NCBI GenBank assembly: GCA_905233925.1
Contig: CAJOFV010000003.1
Span: 500-64,499 of the forward strand
Origin: Paludibacteraceae bacterium
Lineage (GTDB): Bacteria; Bacteroidota; Bacteroidia; Bacteroidales; Paludibacteraceae
Direction: 5' to 3'
Length of the DNA: 64,000 bases
Positions 53,830-61,654 of this stretch are shown here, piece after piece. Every line of letters begins with the position of its first letter. Within the stretch, counting starts at the first letter, position 1. The notes beneath the pieces were generated by a model. That model ran no database searches. It saw nothing but the letters and a program-made list of their open reading frames with translations, and had not been told where the DNA came from. A program made the translations under genes and the position numbers.

Positions 53830-54417
53830 TTAGTGTTTTATTAATTTCGTGAAATTGCATTGTAACTTAGCAATGCATTTATTGATTTCTTTTATTTGAC
53901 CTACGTTCTTTTCAAGCTCAATAGGTTGCATGTAAGGATTGTAAACCTCAAAGTCTAAATTCCGAGAGATATCATGCAGCCAATCTAACTCTTCTTCCGT
54001 TAAGACATTATCATACCTATGAAGTACTTTAAGTAAACGGTCATACTCGTTAATTAACTTAGATACCTGTTCAGATGATAATCCTTTGTAATGGTCTTCG
54101 TCAAATAAAGTCCATCTCTCACCTATAATGTCTTCGAGCTTATGGTGATCTTTAAGTATATCATAGAGCTCCCACTTATTACGTTTCCTATTCCTTTTAT
54201 TAGTCAAAATAACAGTTAATAAATAGACAAAAAACCCCGAGAGGTAACTGATAGCCAAACTCTCCATGATAGAATTGAAACATTTAGTTTCTTCTATATC
54301 AAGGATAGAAAATGGAATCTGCAAGATTGGGAATATCTTCGTCGCAAGTATATACATGCTCACAACAAAACCTACCCAAAGCACACAATGGACAGAAATA
54401 AACTTTTTCATAAGCAT
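53830..54417 (-). CDS. hypothetical membrane protein (two predicted TM helices plus helical C-terminal domain)
   Basis: 195-aa ORF in a very AT-rich stretch. Hydrophobic segments are VHCVLWVGFVVSMYILATKIF and LAISYLSGFFVYLLTVILT. Its ATG overlaps the upstream stop (TAATG at 54415-54419). No family recognised. Confidence 0.55.
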   Translation of the reverse strand: MLMKKFISVHCVLWVGFVVSMYILATKIFPILQIPFSILDIEETKCFNSIMESLAISYLSGFFVYLLTVILTNKRNRKRNKWELYDILKDHHKLEDIIGERWTLFDEDHYKGLSSEQVSKLINEYDRLLKVLHRYDNVLTEEELDWLHDISRNLDFEVYNPYMQPIELEKNVGQIKEINKCIAKLQCNFTKLIKH

Positions 54418-54863
54418 TATTTTTTTATGTTATTATAGACTGTTTCTACGGCTTTGATTAAAAACGGTATATTTTTGTCGTTTTTAAATTCTTTCTCGAG
54501 CCATGGTATTATTTTTTCATCAAAGGCATAATGAACTGTTTTGTCATTAAAGTCAACTTGGACTTTTGTGTAGAAACAAGTCCCCCATTGCTCCATTTGT
54601 GTTACTATCTTGTACGCTATAAGACATTTCATGACTTCTGCGTCCAGCTCTCTTGCTGTTGTCAAAAATTGAGGTTGTCCACCGACAAACTGAATTAACT
54701 CATTAGCCTTTATGTACTTATGTCTATCCACTTCCACCACATAACTCATAAGTTTTTCAATATGCTTAATAAAAGTTTGTGATTGCATTGATGTTAGGGC
54801 TGCATTTTCATCAGGTTTTGTCTTAGCTGGATAAATTCGATGAAAGATCTTTTTGAAACACAT
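54417..54863 (-). CDS. hypothetical soluble protein
   Basis: 148-aa ORF, AT-rich, first gene downstream of a TACCTTTG -7 box. No family recognised. Confidence 0.55.
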   Translation of the reverse strand: MCFKKIFHRIYPAKTKPDENAALTSMQSQTFIKHIEKLMSYVVEVDRHKYIKANELIQFVGGQPQFLTTARELDAEVMKCLIAYKIVTQMEQWGTCFYTKVQVDFNDKTVHYAFDEKIIPWLEKEFKNDKNIPFLIKAVETVYNNIKK

Positions 54864-54951
54864 ATTTTTTGTTTTTATTCATTGCCTCCATTTTATTACT
54901 CGGCAGGAGGTTTCTCCGTTGTTTATTGTTTTGTATTTTCGTTTGCGGCGG

Positions 54952-54959
54952 CAAAGGTA
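54952..54959 (-). promoter_or_regulatory. -7 box TACCTTTG upstream of the AT-rich 148-aa/195-aa/1485-aa gene string
   Basis: The plus strand reads caaaggta. No clear -33 TTTG. It is embedded in a ~60-nt region similar to 57559-57622. Confidence 0.4.
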
Positions 54960-55393
54960 GTGCTTTTTTATGACATGCGAGAAGTTCTTGTTACTTCTTA
55001 TCTCATTTCATTCGAACGATTATTACTTATTTCGCGCAAAGCGCTCAAACGATTAATACTTTTATCACCTCTTTTCCTCTACTGCTATGTACAGAAACAC
55101 AAAAGAAGCGCAGACCTCGTGTTGCTTACTTACAAACCGAGGCCTTCGCATTGCCTTACAATTCAATAAACAATAGGAAACCTACGCCGATATAACGACC
55201 CGTCATGTCATTAACGACAAAACGGGGTATTGTTATACCCATAGGCATCTATTGCGACTTTGATTCTGGCTTTAATTCTTGAAAGTTGCGAAGTTTCGTC
55301 TTGCCAAACGCAAAGCGTCAATAAACGCTATTATTATGTCTGTAAACCTACCCGTTACATAGAGACACTTCCCTCCGGCGTGGTTTACGGTTG

Positions 55394-55425
55394 CAAAATT
55401 ACAACAAAAATCGCAACTGTGCAAA
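55394..55425 (-). promoter_or_regulatory. orphan consensus promoter inside the 770-nt spacer
   Basis: On the minus strand: TTTG (55425-55422), 20 nt, then TAATTTTG (55401-55394). The nearest downstream minus-strand ORF starts about 530 nt away at 54863. The -33 element lies in the loop of the hairpin at 55407-55440. Confidence 0.35.
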
Positions 55426-55440
55426 TTTAGTTGCGATTTT
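55407..55440. terminator. 12-bp hairpin flanked by an A-run and a T-run (bidirectional terminator-like)
   Basis: aaaatcgcaact (55407-55418) pairs with agttgcgatttt (55429-55440). The loop is gtgcaaattt. Confidence 0.5.
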
Positions 55441-55568
55441 TTGTGATTTTCTCAATTCTTTATTCCTTATTTCTCATACGTCTCAAGTGTTCTAAAAGTC
55501 ATGTTGTCAGGGAATGGTCCCGTGATGGTCCTGTTTTTAACTTCACTTTCCGCTACTTGTACACAACA

Positions 55569-55603
55569 GAAAAAAGCGGTAAACCGCTAATTGGATTACC
55601 GCT
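55569..55603 (-). terminator. intrinsic terminator downstream of the AAA ATPase gene
   Basis: On the minus strand, agcggtaa (55603-55596) pairs with ttaccgct (55582-55575) and is followed by a T-run. Confidence 0.6.
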
Positions 55604-55632
55604 TTAGAAAAATGGATTTGGACGAGTTGGCT

Positions 55633-56766
55633 CTACTTCTTTTGTATGTAATGTGCTAAGAATACATCATATACATACCATGTATCGTTCAGTTCAGTGA
55701 CGATATCCTTTTCATGCAAACCTTTTAACGCTGATTGCACGGAACTAGCCGAGAGCAATTTATGTTTCTGAATAAAGGCTCCCGAAGTGATATTCCGAGT
55801 TCCATTCTCTTTAACGAGTGCATAGAGCAAACTCTTCTGCTTAATAGGTAGAGCCGCCAAAATCTCCCGATAAAATGGTTCTTGAATCAGCACGACATTG
55901 TTCAACGCTTGGTCAATCCTATCAACGCTACAAAGTTGCTCTTTGTTTGTGAGTGAATACATCTCATTAAGCAACATTTGCATATACCATGTGATACCTC
56001 GGCACATATTGTACACTTGTATCACAGCTTCGTCGTCAATCGTCTTATGCCCTAAACGGAACATCTGTTTTGCAAAGTCCACGTATGTATCACGAGGTAT
56101 AGGGTCAAGTCCCATATTGATCGTACTTTGGTAAAAAGGCTTCGAAGGCGATAGGAACATCTGACTCATAAGATGTTTGCGACTGCCGGAGAAAACAAAC
56201 TGTGTTTTCTTGCATCGCTGGATATGTGTACGCAGTAAGGCTTCAATATTCTTCTCCGGATAGTTGGTGATCTGTTGAAACTCGTCAAATGCGACTACAC
56301 AGGTTTTGTCCGCTAATTCTAAAAAAGCAAAGACCTGTTCCAATGTCATTTCCGGTGAGGTAATATCTCCCAAGCCTATATCAAAAGTGGGTGAACCGGT
56401 AATGGCATCTAACTTAACCCCGATACGTAAGGATGAGATGACTTGAAAAAACTTGTCTAGGCAAGATTTGGATTGTTTTTCTATGCTTCGGTACACTTCA
56501 TTACTGAACGCGTACACCATCTCTGCCAAACTGTTTGTAGCATATAGATCCACTACGATAGTATAATACTGTTGATGCATCTCCGGCTGAGCAAACACAT
56601 GGCTTATCAGACCTGACTTGCCTATACGACGATCCGAAATCAAGGTTACATTTCGTCCATTAAGTAGTTGTTTGGAGAGAAATGCGGTCTCTTTTTCACG
56701 ATCACAAAAGTACTCTTTTGATATGTATCTCCCTATAACAAAAGGATTTGCAATATTACTATTCAT
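55633..56766 (-). CDS. AAA+ ATPase of the archaeal-type ATPase/DUF234 family
   Basis: 377 aa starting NPFVIGRYISKEYFCDREKE, with a Walker A-like LISDRRIGKSGL and a Walker B VVAFDEFQ. Confidence 0.8.
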   Translation of the reverse strand: MNSNIANPFVIGRYISKEYFCDREKETAFLSKQLLNGRNVTLISDRRIGKSGLISHVFAQPEMHQQYYTIVVDLYATNSLAEMVYAFSNEVYRSIEKQSKSCLDKFFQVISSLRIGVKLDAITGSPTFDIGLGDITSPEMTLEQVFAFLELADKTCVVAFDEFQQITNYPEKNIEALLRTHIQRCKKTQFVFSGSRKHLMSQMFLSPSKPFYQSTINMGLDPIPRDTYVDFAKQMFRLGHKTIDDEAVIQVYNMCRGITWYMQMLLNEMYSLTNKEQLCSVDRIDQALNNVVLIQEPFYREILAALPIKQKSLLYALVKENGTRNITSGAFIQKHKLLSASSVQSALKGLHEKDIVTELNDTWYVYDVFLAHYIQKK

Positions 56767-56854
56767 ACAATTATTACACTTATAATTATTATACTTATGA
56801 TAATTTGCCGCAAAAGTACTGCTTTATTTTGAATCGTGCAAGTTTTTTGAGTAA

Positions 56855-56877
56855 AAAGGTGGTATTTTTTCACCTTT
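56855..56877 (-). terminator. hairpin downstream of the 191-aa gene
   Basis: aaaggtg (56855-56861) pairs with caccttt (56871-56877). On the minus strand the stem runs into TT. Confidence 0.4.
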
Positions 56878-56963
56878 AAAGGCATTTTTAGCCTTTTTAC
56901 GGTAATCCAATATGTCAAGGGACACAAAAATACTGCTCTCGCTTTTCTGTAAACGATTGTTAC

Positions 56964-57539
56964 TTATTGCGTCAGGAGAGTGACGGATTGGAGACCGCCG
57001 TTGTTGCCGGCAATGTATGAAACAGGAGTATGACCGGTCAGTATCAGTTGGTCAATATAAAGCGGCTGACCTGTCAGGAAGAAGGTAGAAACAAAGGAGT
57101 CCCCTACGCTCAATTTGGAATTGACGGACTCCACCACTTCAAAGCGCATGTCGCCCAGATAACGGAATACGCAACGGCGGTTGGGTAGCCAGGTTACTTC
57201 GATAGTTTGTCCGGGTTGCAAATCTTTGGTGTGAATGCCCTCTGCGATAAACGGATTGCTGCTACCGTGTTCGCCTTCTTTCAAGCGGGTTGTATAATCA
57301 TCCCAGTCGCGCGAACCTACATAACGCGAAAGAATATTGAGCGTGGAACGGCGCGTGTTGTCAGCTCCCTCCACATACCCCCATAGACGCTCCAACGTAC
57401 TAAGCGCCAGATTTTCATGCAGACACAGCCAGATTTGTGCAATAAGGGACTCGAAATCAGATGGCGTTGCCGGACGCGTGCCGAAACGCGCCTCCACATC
57501 CTTACGGAGCTGAATAACCTCGGGTGCATTCTTGTTCAT
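56964..57539 (-). CDS. hypothetical protein
   Basis: ATG 57539 gives MNKNAPEVIQLRKD; codon 57548 is TTG. 191 aa, no family recognised. It is preceded by a TACCTTTG box. Confidence 0.6.
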   Translation of the reverse strand: MNKNAPEVIQLRKDVEARFGTRPATPSDFESLIAQIWLCLHENLALSTLERLWGYVEGADNTRRSTLNILSRYVGSRDWDDYTTRLKEGEHGSSNPFIAEGIHTKDLQPGQTIEVTWLPNRRCVFRYLGDMRFEVVESVNSKLSVGDSFVSTFFLTGQPLYIDQLILTGHTPVSYIAGNNGGLQSVTLLTQ

Positions 57540-57563
57540 AATAACCAATTTTATAAATCCGCC

Positions 57564-57571
57564 GCAAAGGT
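57564..57571 (-). promoter_or_regulatory. -7 box TACCTTTG upstream of the 191-aa hypothetical gene
   Basis: The plus strand reads caaaggta, 25 nt upstream of ATG 57539. Confidence 0.45.
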
Positions 57572-57623
57572 ACTACAATTTTTTGATATACGAGAGTTTC
57601 TTATTACTTCTTATTTTATTCCG

Positions 57624-58895
57624 CTACATAGGTTCTATACCTATCGCGATAAGATCGTCGTCAGAGCGAGCCAAAGTTTGCAACTGTTCCCGTGTATTGT
57701 CAACAAAGGGTACATACAGCGAATAGTAATAATGATGAATAGAATTGCAGAAACTGCCCCATAACTCATCATTGTCACCAAGAGAGGCGTGGACATCATC
57801 AATCTCTTGCCAGAACTGCTCCGTTGGTGTAGGATGGTGATCTAACACAGATGCAAGATCTTTCTTCTTAATCGCATTCTCCACGCGAGATATGTAGTTT
57901 TTGTATATTTGCTTAGCCCGGAGATCTAAAACCTCTTGTGGCGTCGGGGTGTTGACTTGCTTATCCAATGCTGTCACAAGACGATTCAGTGAGTCCTCTT
58001 GAGACCGGCGTTCCTCGTTTTGCGCACGCAGTGAATCAATATGCGCAAATAGTTCACTCTCTTGGTCATAGTGCACTCGTTCTGAATGTTGATAACCGGT
58101 ATATATTCCCCATACCGCGGCACCGGAAAGGAGGAACAAAAGTAACGACACCGGCAACAATAAACGTAATTTATCCGAACATCTCACAGCGCGCGCGACG
58201 CGCGTACATGATGTATAACGGTGTGCGGAATCCGTACGGGTGCATTTGCGTGCGATGAAACGATAACGGTGGGGAAATAGAAGTCGGATGACTTTGCCTA
58301 CTGCATAAATATCCGCGCGGTTGTCAATTGTTTGGCCTGCCAACTGCTCCGGCGCAATATAAGCCATCGACCCCGCCGGTTGCTTGAACGTGACATAATC
58401 ATCCGTGTCGGACACGCCGAAATCAATCAGTTTGACGGAAGATCCGTTGCGTGTGATGAGGATATTGGAAGGTTTTATGTCGCGGTGGATGATTTGCCGT
58501 TCGTGCAAGAAAGACAGCGCATCAAGGAGTTGGAACAAAATGCGCCGACGCGTTGCGGCTGAAGGCTTGGTTACAAGAAACTGCTCCAATGTGATGCCGT
58601 CGATATACTCCATTTGAATATACCAGCCAATAGCATCCAGGTAGCCGAAATCGAGCAGACGGACGATATTAGGATGGTCCAAACCGACACCAATAGAGAA
58701 CTCCTTGCGCAGCAATTCCACATGCGGAGTGGATTGGCGATATGGTTCCGCCAAAGCTTTGAGAATATACTTTCGTCCGAAACGGGTAGCGGCATAGATG
58801 GCGTTATGTCCTTTTGCGGACAATAACTCCGGCTCCGACCATACATCCGAAAAATCGGGCGTGAGCGGTGATACAATAAAAGAAGAATCAACCAT
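57624..58895 (-). CDS. Ser/Thr protein kinase with a C-terminal TM segment and extracytoplasmic/helical tail
   Basis: ATG 58895 gives MVDSS; codon 58937 is TTG. Kinase motifs are YILKAL (catalytic Lys), HRDIKPSNILI, DFG and APE. A TM segment (LLLPVSLLLFLLSGAAVWGIY) follows. Confidence 0.85.
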   Translation of the reverse strand: MVDSSFIVSPLTPDFSDVWSEPELLSAKGHNAIYAATRFGRKYILKALAEPYRQSTPHVELLRKEFSIGVGLDHPNIVRLLDFGYLDAIGWYIQMEYIDGITLEQFLVTKPSAATRRRILFQLLDALSFLHERQIIHRDIKPSNILITRNGSSVKLIDFGVSDTDDYVTFKQPAGSMAYIAPEQLAGQTIDNRADIYAVGKVIRLLFPHRYRFIARKCTRTDSAHRYTSCTRVARAVRCSDKLRLLLPVSLLLFLLSGAAVWGIYTGYQHSERVHYDQESELFAHIDSLRAQNEERRSQEDSLNRLVTALDKQVNTPTPQEVLDLRAKQIYKNYISRVENAIKKKDLASVLDHHPTPTEQFWQEIDDVHASLGDNDELWGSFCNSIHHYYYSLYVPFVDNTREQLQTLARSDDDLIAIGIEPM

Positions 58896-58933
58896 TGCCA
58901 GACTGTTTTGTGCGTGCAAAATTACAACCTTTA

Positions 58934-59629
58934 TCAAGCGAGGTGGTCTTCGAGGAGATCGGGACGGCGGGAGCGGGTGTGCTCAAGATTCTGCTCGTAC
59001 TGCCATTCCTCGACTTTTGCCTGATGGCCGGAAAGAAGAATGTCGGGGACACGCCAACCTTTGTATTCCGCCGGACGGGTGTAAACACCGGCTTCCAACA
59101 AACCATCCTGGAAGCTATCTGACAAGGCAGATGTTTCGTCGCCAATGGCTCCCGGCAAGACGCGGACAATGGCATCCGTCATCATTGCCGCCGGCATCTC
59201 GCCGCCTGTAAGCACGAAATCGCCGATGGAATATTCCTTGGTAACAAAATGGTCGCGGACGCGCTGATCAACACCTTTATAGTGCCCGCAGAGAATAATG
59301 ATATTTTGTTTCAGAGAAAGAGCATTCGCATCCTTCTGGGTAAAGCGGTCGCCATCGGGTGCGGTGAAGATAACCTCATCGTAATCACGTTCGGCTTTGA
59401 GCGCGGAAATGCAGCGGTCAATGGGCTCAATCTGTAAAACCATGCCTGCGGAGAAGCCAAAAGCATAATCATCCACCTTGCGATGCTTGTCAAGAGTGTA
59501 GTCGCGGAGGTTGTGAACGTAAATCTCGGCGAGGCCTTTGTCTTTGGCACGCTGGATAATGGAATGGTTGAGCGGGGATTCCAACAACTCGGGGCAGGCG
59601 GTGATGATGTCGATACGTAATTTCTTCAT
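58934..59629 (-). CDS. trmD: tRNA (guanine37-N1)-methyltransferase
   Basis: 231 aa starting [28 protein letters not shown], with [12 protein letters not shown], typical of TrmD. Confidence 0.95.
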   Translation of the reverse strand: MKKLRIDIITACPELLESPLNHSIIQRAKDKGLAEIYVHNLRDYTLDKHRKVDDYAFGFSAGMVLQIEPIDRCISALKAERDYDEVIFTAPDGDRFTQKDANALSLKQNIIILCGHYKGVDQRVRDHFVTKEYSIGDFVLTGGEMPAAMMTDAIVRVLPGAIGDETSALSDSFQDGLLEAGVYTRPAEYKGWRVPDILLSGHQAKVEEWQYEQNLEHTRSRRPDLLEDHLA

Positions 59630-59648
59630 TTACTCATTTTCTCATTTA
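59627..59648 (-). repeat. period-8 AATGAGAA-family repeat forming phased ATG/TGA mini-ORFs
   Basis: The minus strand reads TAAATGAGAAAATGAGTAAATG. ATGs lie at 59645, 59637 and 59629. Confidence 0.9.
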
Positions 59649-59867
59649 TGGAACGGGGTCGTAGCCGGAACCGCCCCAGGGATTGCAGCGGAGGATGCGC
59701 TTGATGCCCAGCCATGTGCCTTTGAAGATGCCGTATTTCTGGACGGCTTCCACCATATACTGACTGCAGGTCGGCGTATATCGGCACGAAGGCGGCGTCA
59801 ACGGGGAAATGCAGTAGCGGTAGAAATACACCGGCAGGAGGAAAATATTGCGGAGGAATCTTTTCAT
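59646..59867 (-). CDS. yidD: membrane protein insertion efficiency factor YidD
   Basis: 73 aa containing [31 protein letters not shown] and [17 protein letters not shown]. Confidence 0.9.
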   Translation of the reverse strand: MKRFLRNIFLLPVYFYRYCISPLTPPSCRYTPTCSQYMVEAVQKYGIFKGTWLGIKRILRCNPWGGSGYDPVP

Positions 59868-59908
59868 TTACTCATTTTCTCATTTTTTCATTTTCTCATT
59901 TTACTCAT
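59865..59908 (-). repeat. period-8 AATGAGAA-family repeat forming phased ATG/TGA mini-ORFs
   Basis: The minus strand reads ATGAGTAAAATGAGAAAATGAAAAAATGAGAAAATGAGTAAATG. ATGs lie at 59908, 59899, 59891, 59883, 59875 and 59867. Confidence 0.9.
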
Positions 59909-60275
59909 TTATGTTTTCTTCGTTGAGGCGTTTGATGGCTTTTTTGACCGCTTTTTCTATGACGGCATAGGGCTGCATGGTTTTGTCCATGTAATTTAAG
60001 GCAATCATGCACGGTTGCTGCAAAGCGTCTTTATTCAGGCGCCAGGCTTCGCGCATCCGGCGACGAAGAAGGTTGCGGTCCGTGGCATGCTTATGGAGCG
60101 ACTTGGGCGCCCAGATGAGGACTTGAGTGGTTACGGGCGAGGGGGGATGAGGCGCGGAGAGAGGGATATATGTGACGCGGAGAGGCCAAACGACAAACTT
60201 GTGCCCCTCCTTGTAGAGCGTGGCGATACGCATCTGCCCGCAGAGCCGTTCGTATTTATGAAAGGTGTTCCTCAA
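59901..60275 (-). CDS. rnpA: ribonuclease P protein component
   Basis: 124 aa, basic, sited just upstream of yidD in the conserved rnpA-yidD order. It contains an RNLLRRRMREAWR segment. Confidence 0.85.
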   Translation of the reverse strand: MRNTFHKYERLCGQMRIATLYKEGHKFVVWPLRVTYIPLSAPHPPSPVTTQVLIWAPKSLHKHATDRNLLRRRMREAWRLNKDALQQPCMIALNYMDKTMQPYAVIEKAVKKAIKRLNEENINE

Positions 60276-60999
60276 GATAACGTTCGATAGCAGTCGTGAT
60301 ACCCGGACACTCGGGCGTCGGAGCCTTGATGTCCACGCGCAACCCGTCCTCTTCGGCCGCTGCTACGGTGTTTTGTCCGAAACATGCGAGCAGGGTATCT
60401 CCCTGAGTCCAGTCGGGGAAGTTTTTGTGAATGGAAGCGACTCCGGTCGGGGTGAAAAGAACAAGCATGTCATAGTTGAAAGGCTTGTCTTTGGGCCATT
60501 CGGTAGCAACAGTGCGGTACATGACAGCGGGTTGGATGGTAATCTTGTGTCCGGCGAACATGTTGATGGTGTTGTCATTGTGGATGTCGGACATAATCAT
60601 CATGTACTTCTCCGTGGGCCGGCGGTTCATGGTCGGGAGGAGATCTTCAAAGTTGTTGTGTTCGCTGAAGAAGACACGGCGTTTGCGATACTGGATGTAC
60701 TTCTGGAGGTAGTTAGCAACCGCCTCGGAAATGCAGTAGTAGTGCATGGTTTCGGGCACCTTGAGACGCAATTCTTCGCAAAGACGGAAATAATGGTCCA
60801 CGCCGAGCCGCGAGTTGAGCAGCACCGCGGTATAATCGAGCGGGTTGATACGCTGCTGGCGGAACTCGTGTGCATCAAGTCCCTCTACATGAATGAGTTG
60901 GCGAAAATCAAAGGACACGCCGAAACGCGCTTCCATATCCGCGTAGGGATTGCGGTCCGACATCGGCCGCGGTTGTGAGACAAGAATGTTCTTTATCAT
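60256..60999 (-). CDS. hemD: uroporphyrinogen-III synthase family protein
   Basis: 247 aa. The length and the pattern ILVSQP...F.F.QLI.VE match the Bacteroidetes HemD-like proteins usually found next to DUF4271 and rnpA. Confidence 0.72.
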   Translation of the reverse strand: MIKNILVSQPRPMSDRNPYADMEARFGVSFDFRQLIHVEGLDAHEFRQQRINPLDYTAVLLNSRLGVDHYFRLCEELRLKVPETMHYYCISEAVANYLQKYIQYRKRRVFFSEHNNFEDLLPTMNRRPTEKYMMIMSDIHNDNTINMFAGHKITIQPAVMYRTVATEWPKDKPFNYDMLVLFTPTGVASIHKNFPDWTQGDTLLACFGQNTVAAAEEDGLRVDIKAPTPECPGITTAIERYLEEHLS

Positions 61000-61012
61000 A
61001 GACTGTCAGTTG

Positions 61013-61654
61013 TTACGTAAGTAATCGGGTTGTGACCATAATAGCGCCCAAAGGCAAAAGTTCGAGCGTCACCACATATATCATAAGGTACAGCAGGGAT
61101 TTTGGTCCTGCGTAGAAATATTGCATAATTTTATAGAGCATCAATGCGACAAACAGTGCGACAATGCCGATTGCTACCCAGAGTAATACTGCGCTTTCGA
61201 GGTTGATGCAGAGCAAGGTAACCGGATAAAGCAGGAGGCATAGAATGGTCCATAGATTATCGTATTGCGGGAGGAAAAGTGCCGTCGTACGGCCTAATTC
61301 GAAGGTATATGAGACGAGCCCGGAAACGAGCATTTTCACAAGGATGATGGCGATAATGAGCAGGATAATACTGCCGTAAGTAAGCAGGGAGAAGGGGGCG
61401 TGGCTATAGGTAAACACATAAAGCGCCATTGCCACCGTGCCGATGCGGAAAGTGTTCAGCAAGAGCACGCCGTAGAAGTTCCTTGCGCGGTCACCATAGA
61501 CGCGCTCCAAGCGCGTGAACGTGCTTCGGAAAACCGAACTGAAAGAATCCGGCTGAAGCACTTCGCTGAGGACAAGGCAGAGCAAGAGCCCAAGCATCAG
61601 CCATGTGGGCCAAGCCTCGGAAAGCGGAGTCGATATGCGTGCTATTTCGGTCAT
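61013..61654 (-). CDS. DUF4271-like polytopic membrane protein
   Basis: 213 aa with about six hydrophobic helices. Its ATG overlaps the U32 stop (ATGA at 61651-61654). Confidence 0.7.
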   Translation of the reverse strand: MTEIARISTPLSEAWPTWLMLGLLLCLVLSEVLQPDSFSSVFRSTFTRLERVYGDRARNFYGVLLLNTFRIGTVAMALYVFTYSHAPFSLLTYGSIILLIIAIILVKMLVSGLVSYTFELGRTTALFLPQYDNLWTILCLLLYPVTLLCINLESAVLLWVAIGIVALFVALMLYKIMQYFYAGPKSLLYLMIYVVTLELLPLGAIMVTTRLLT

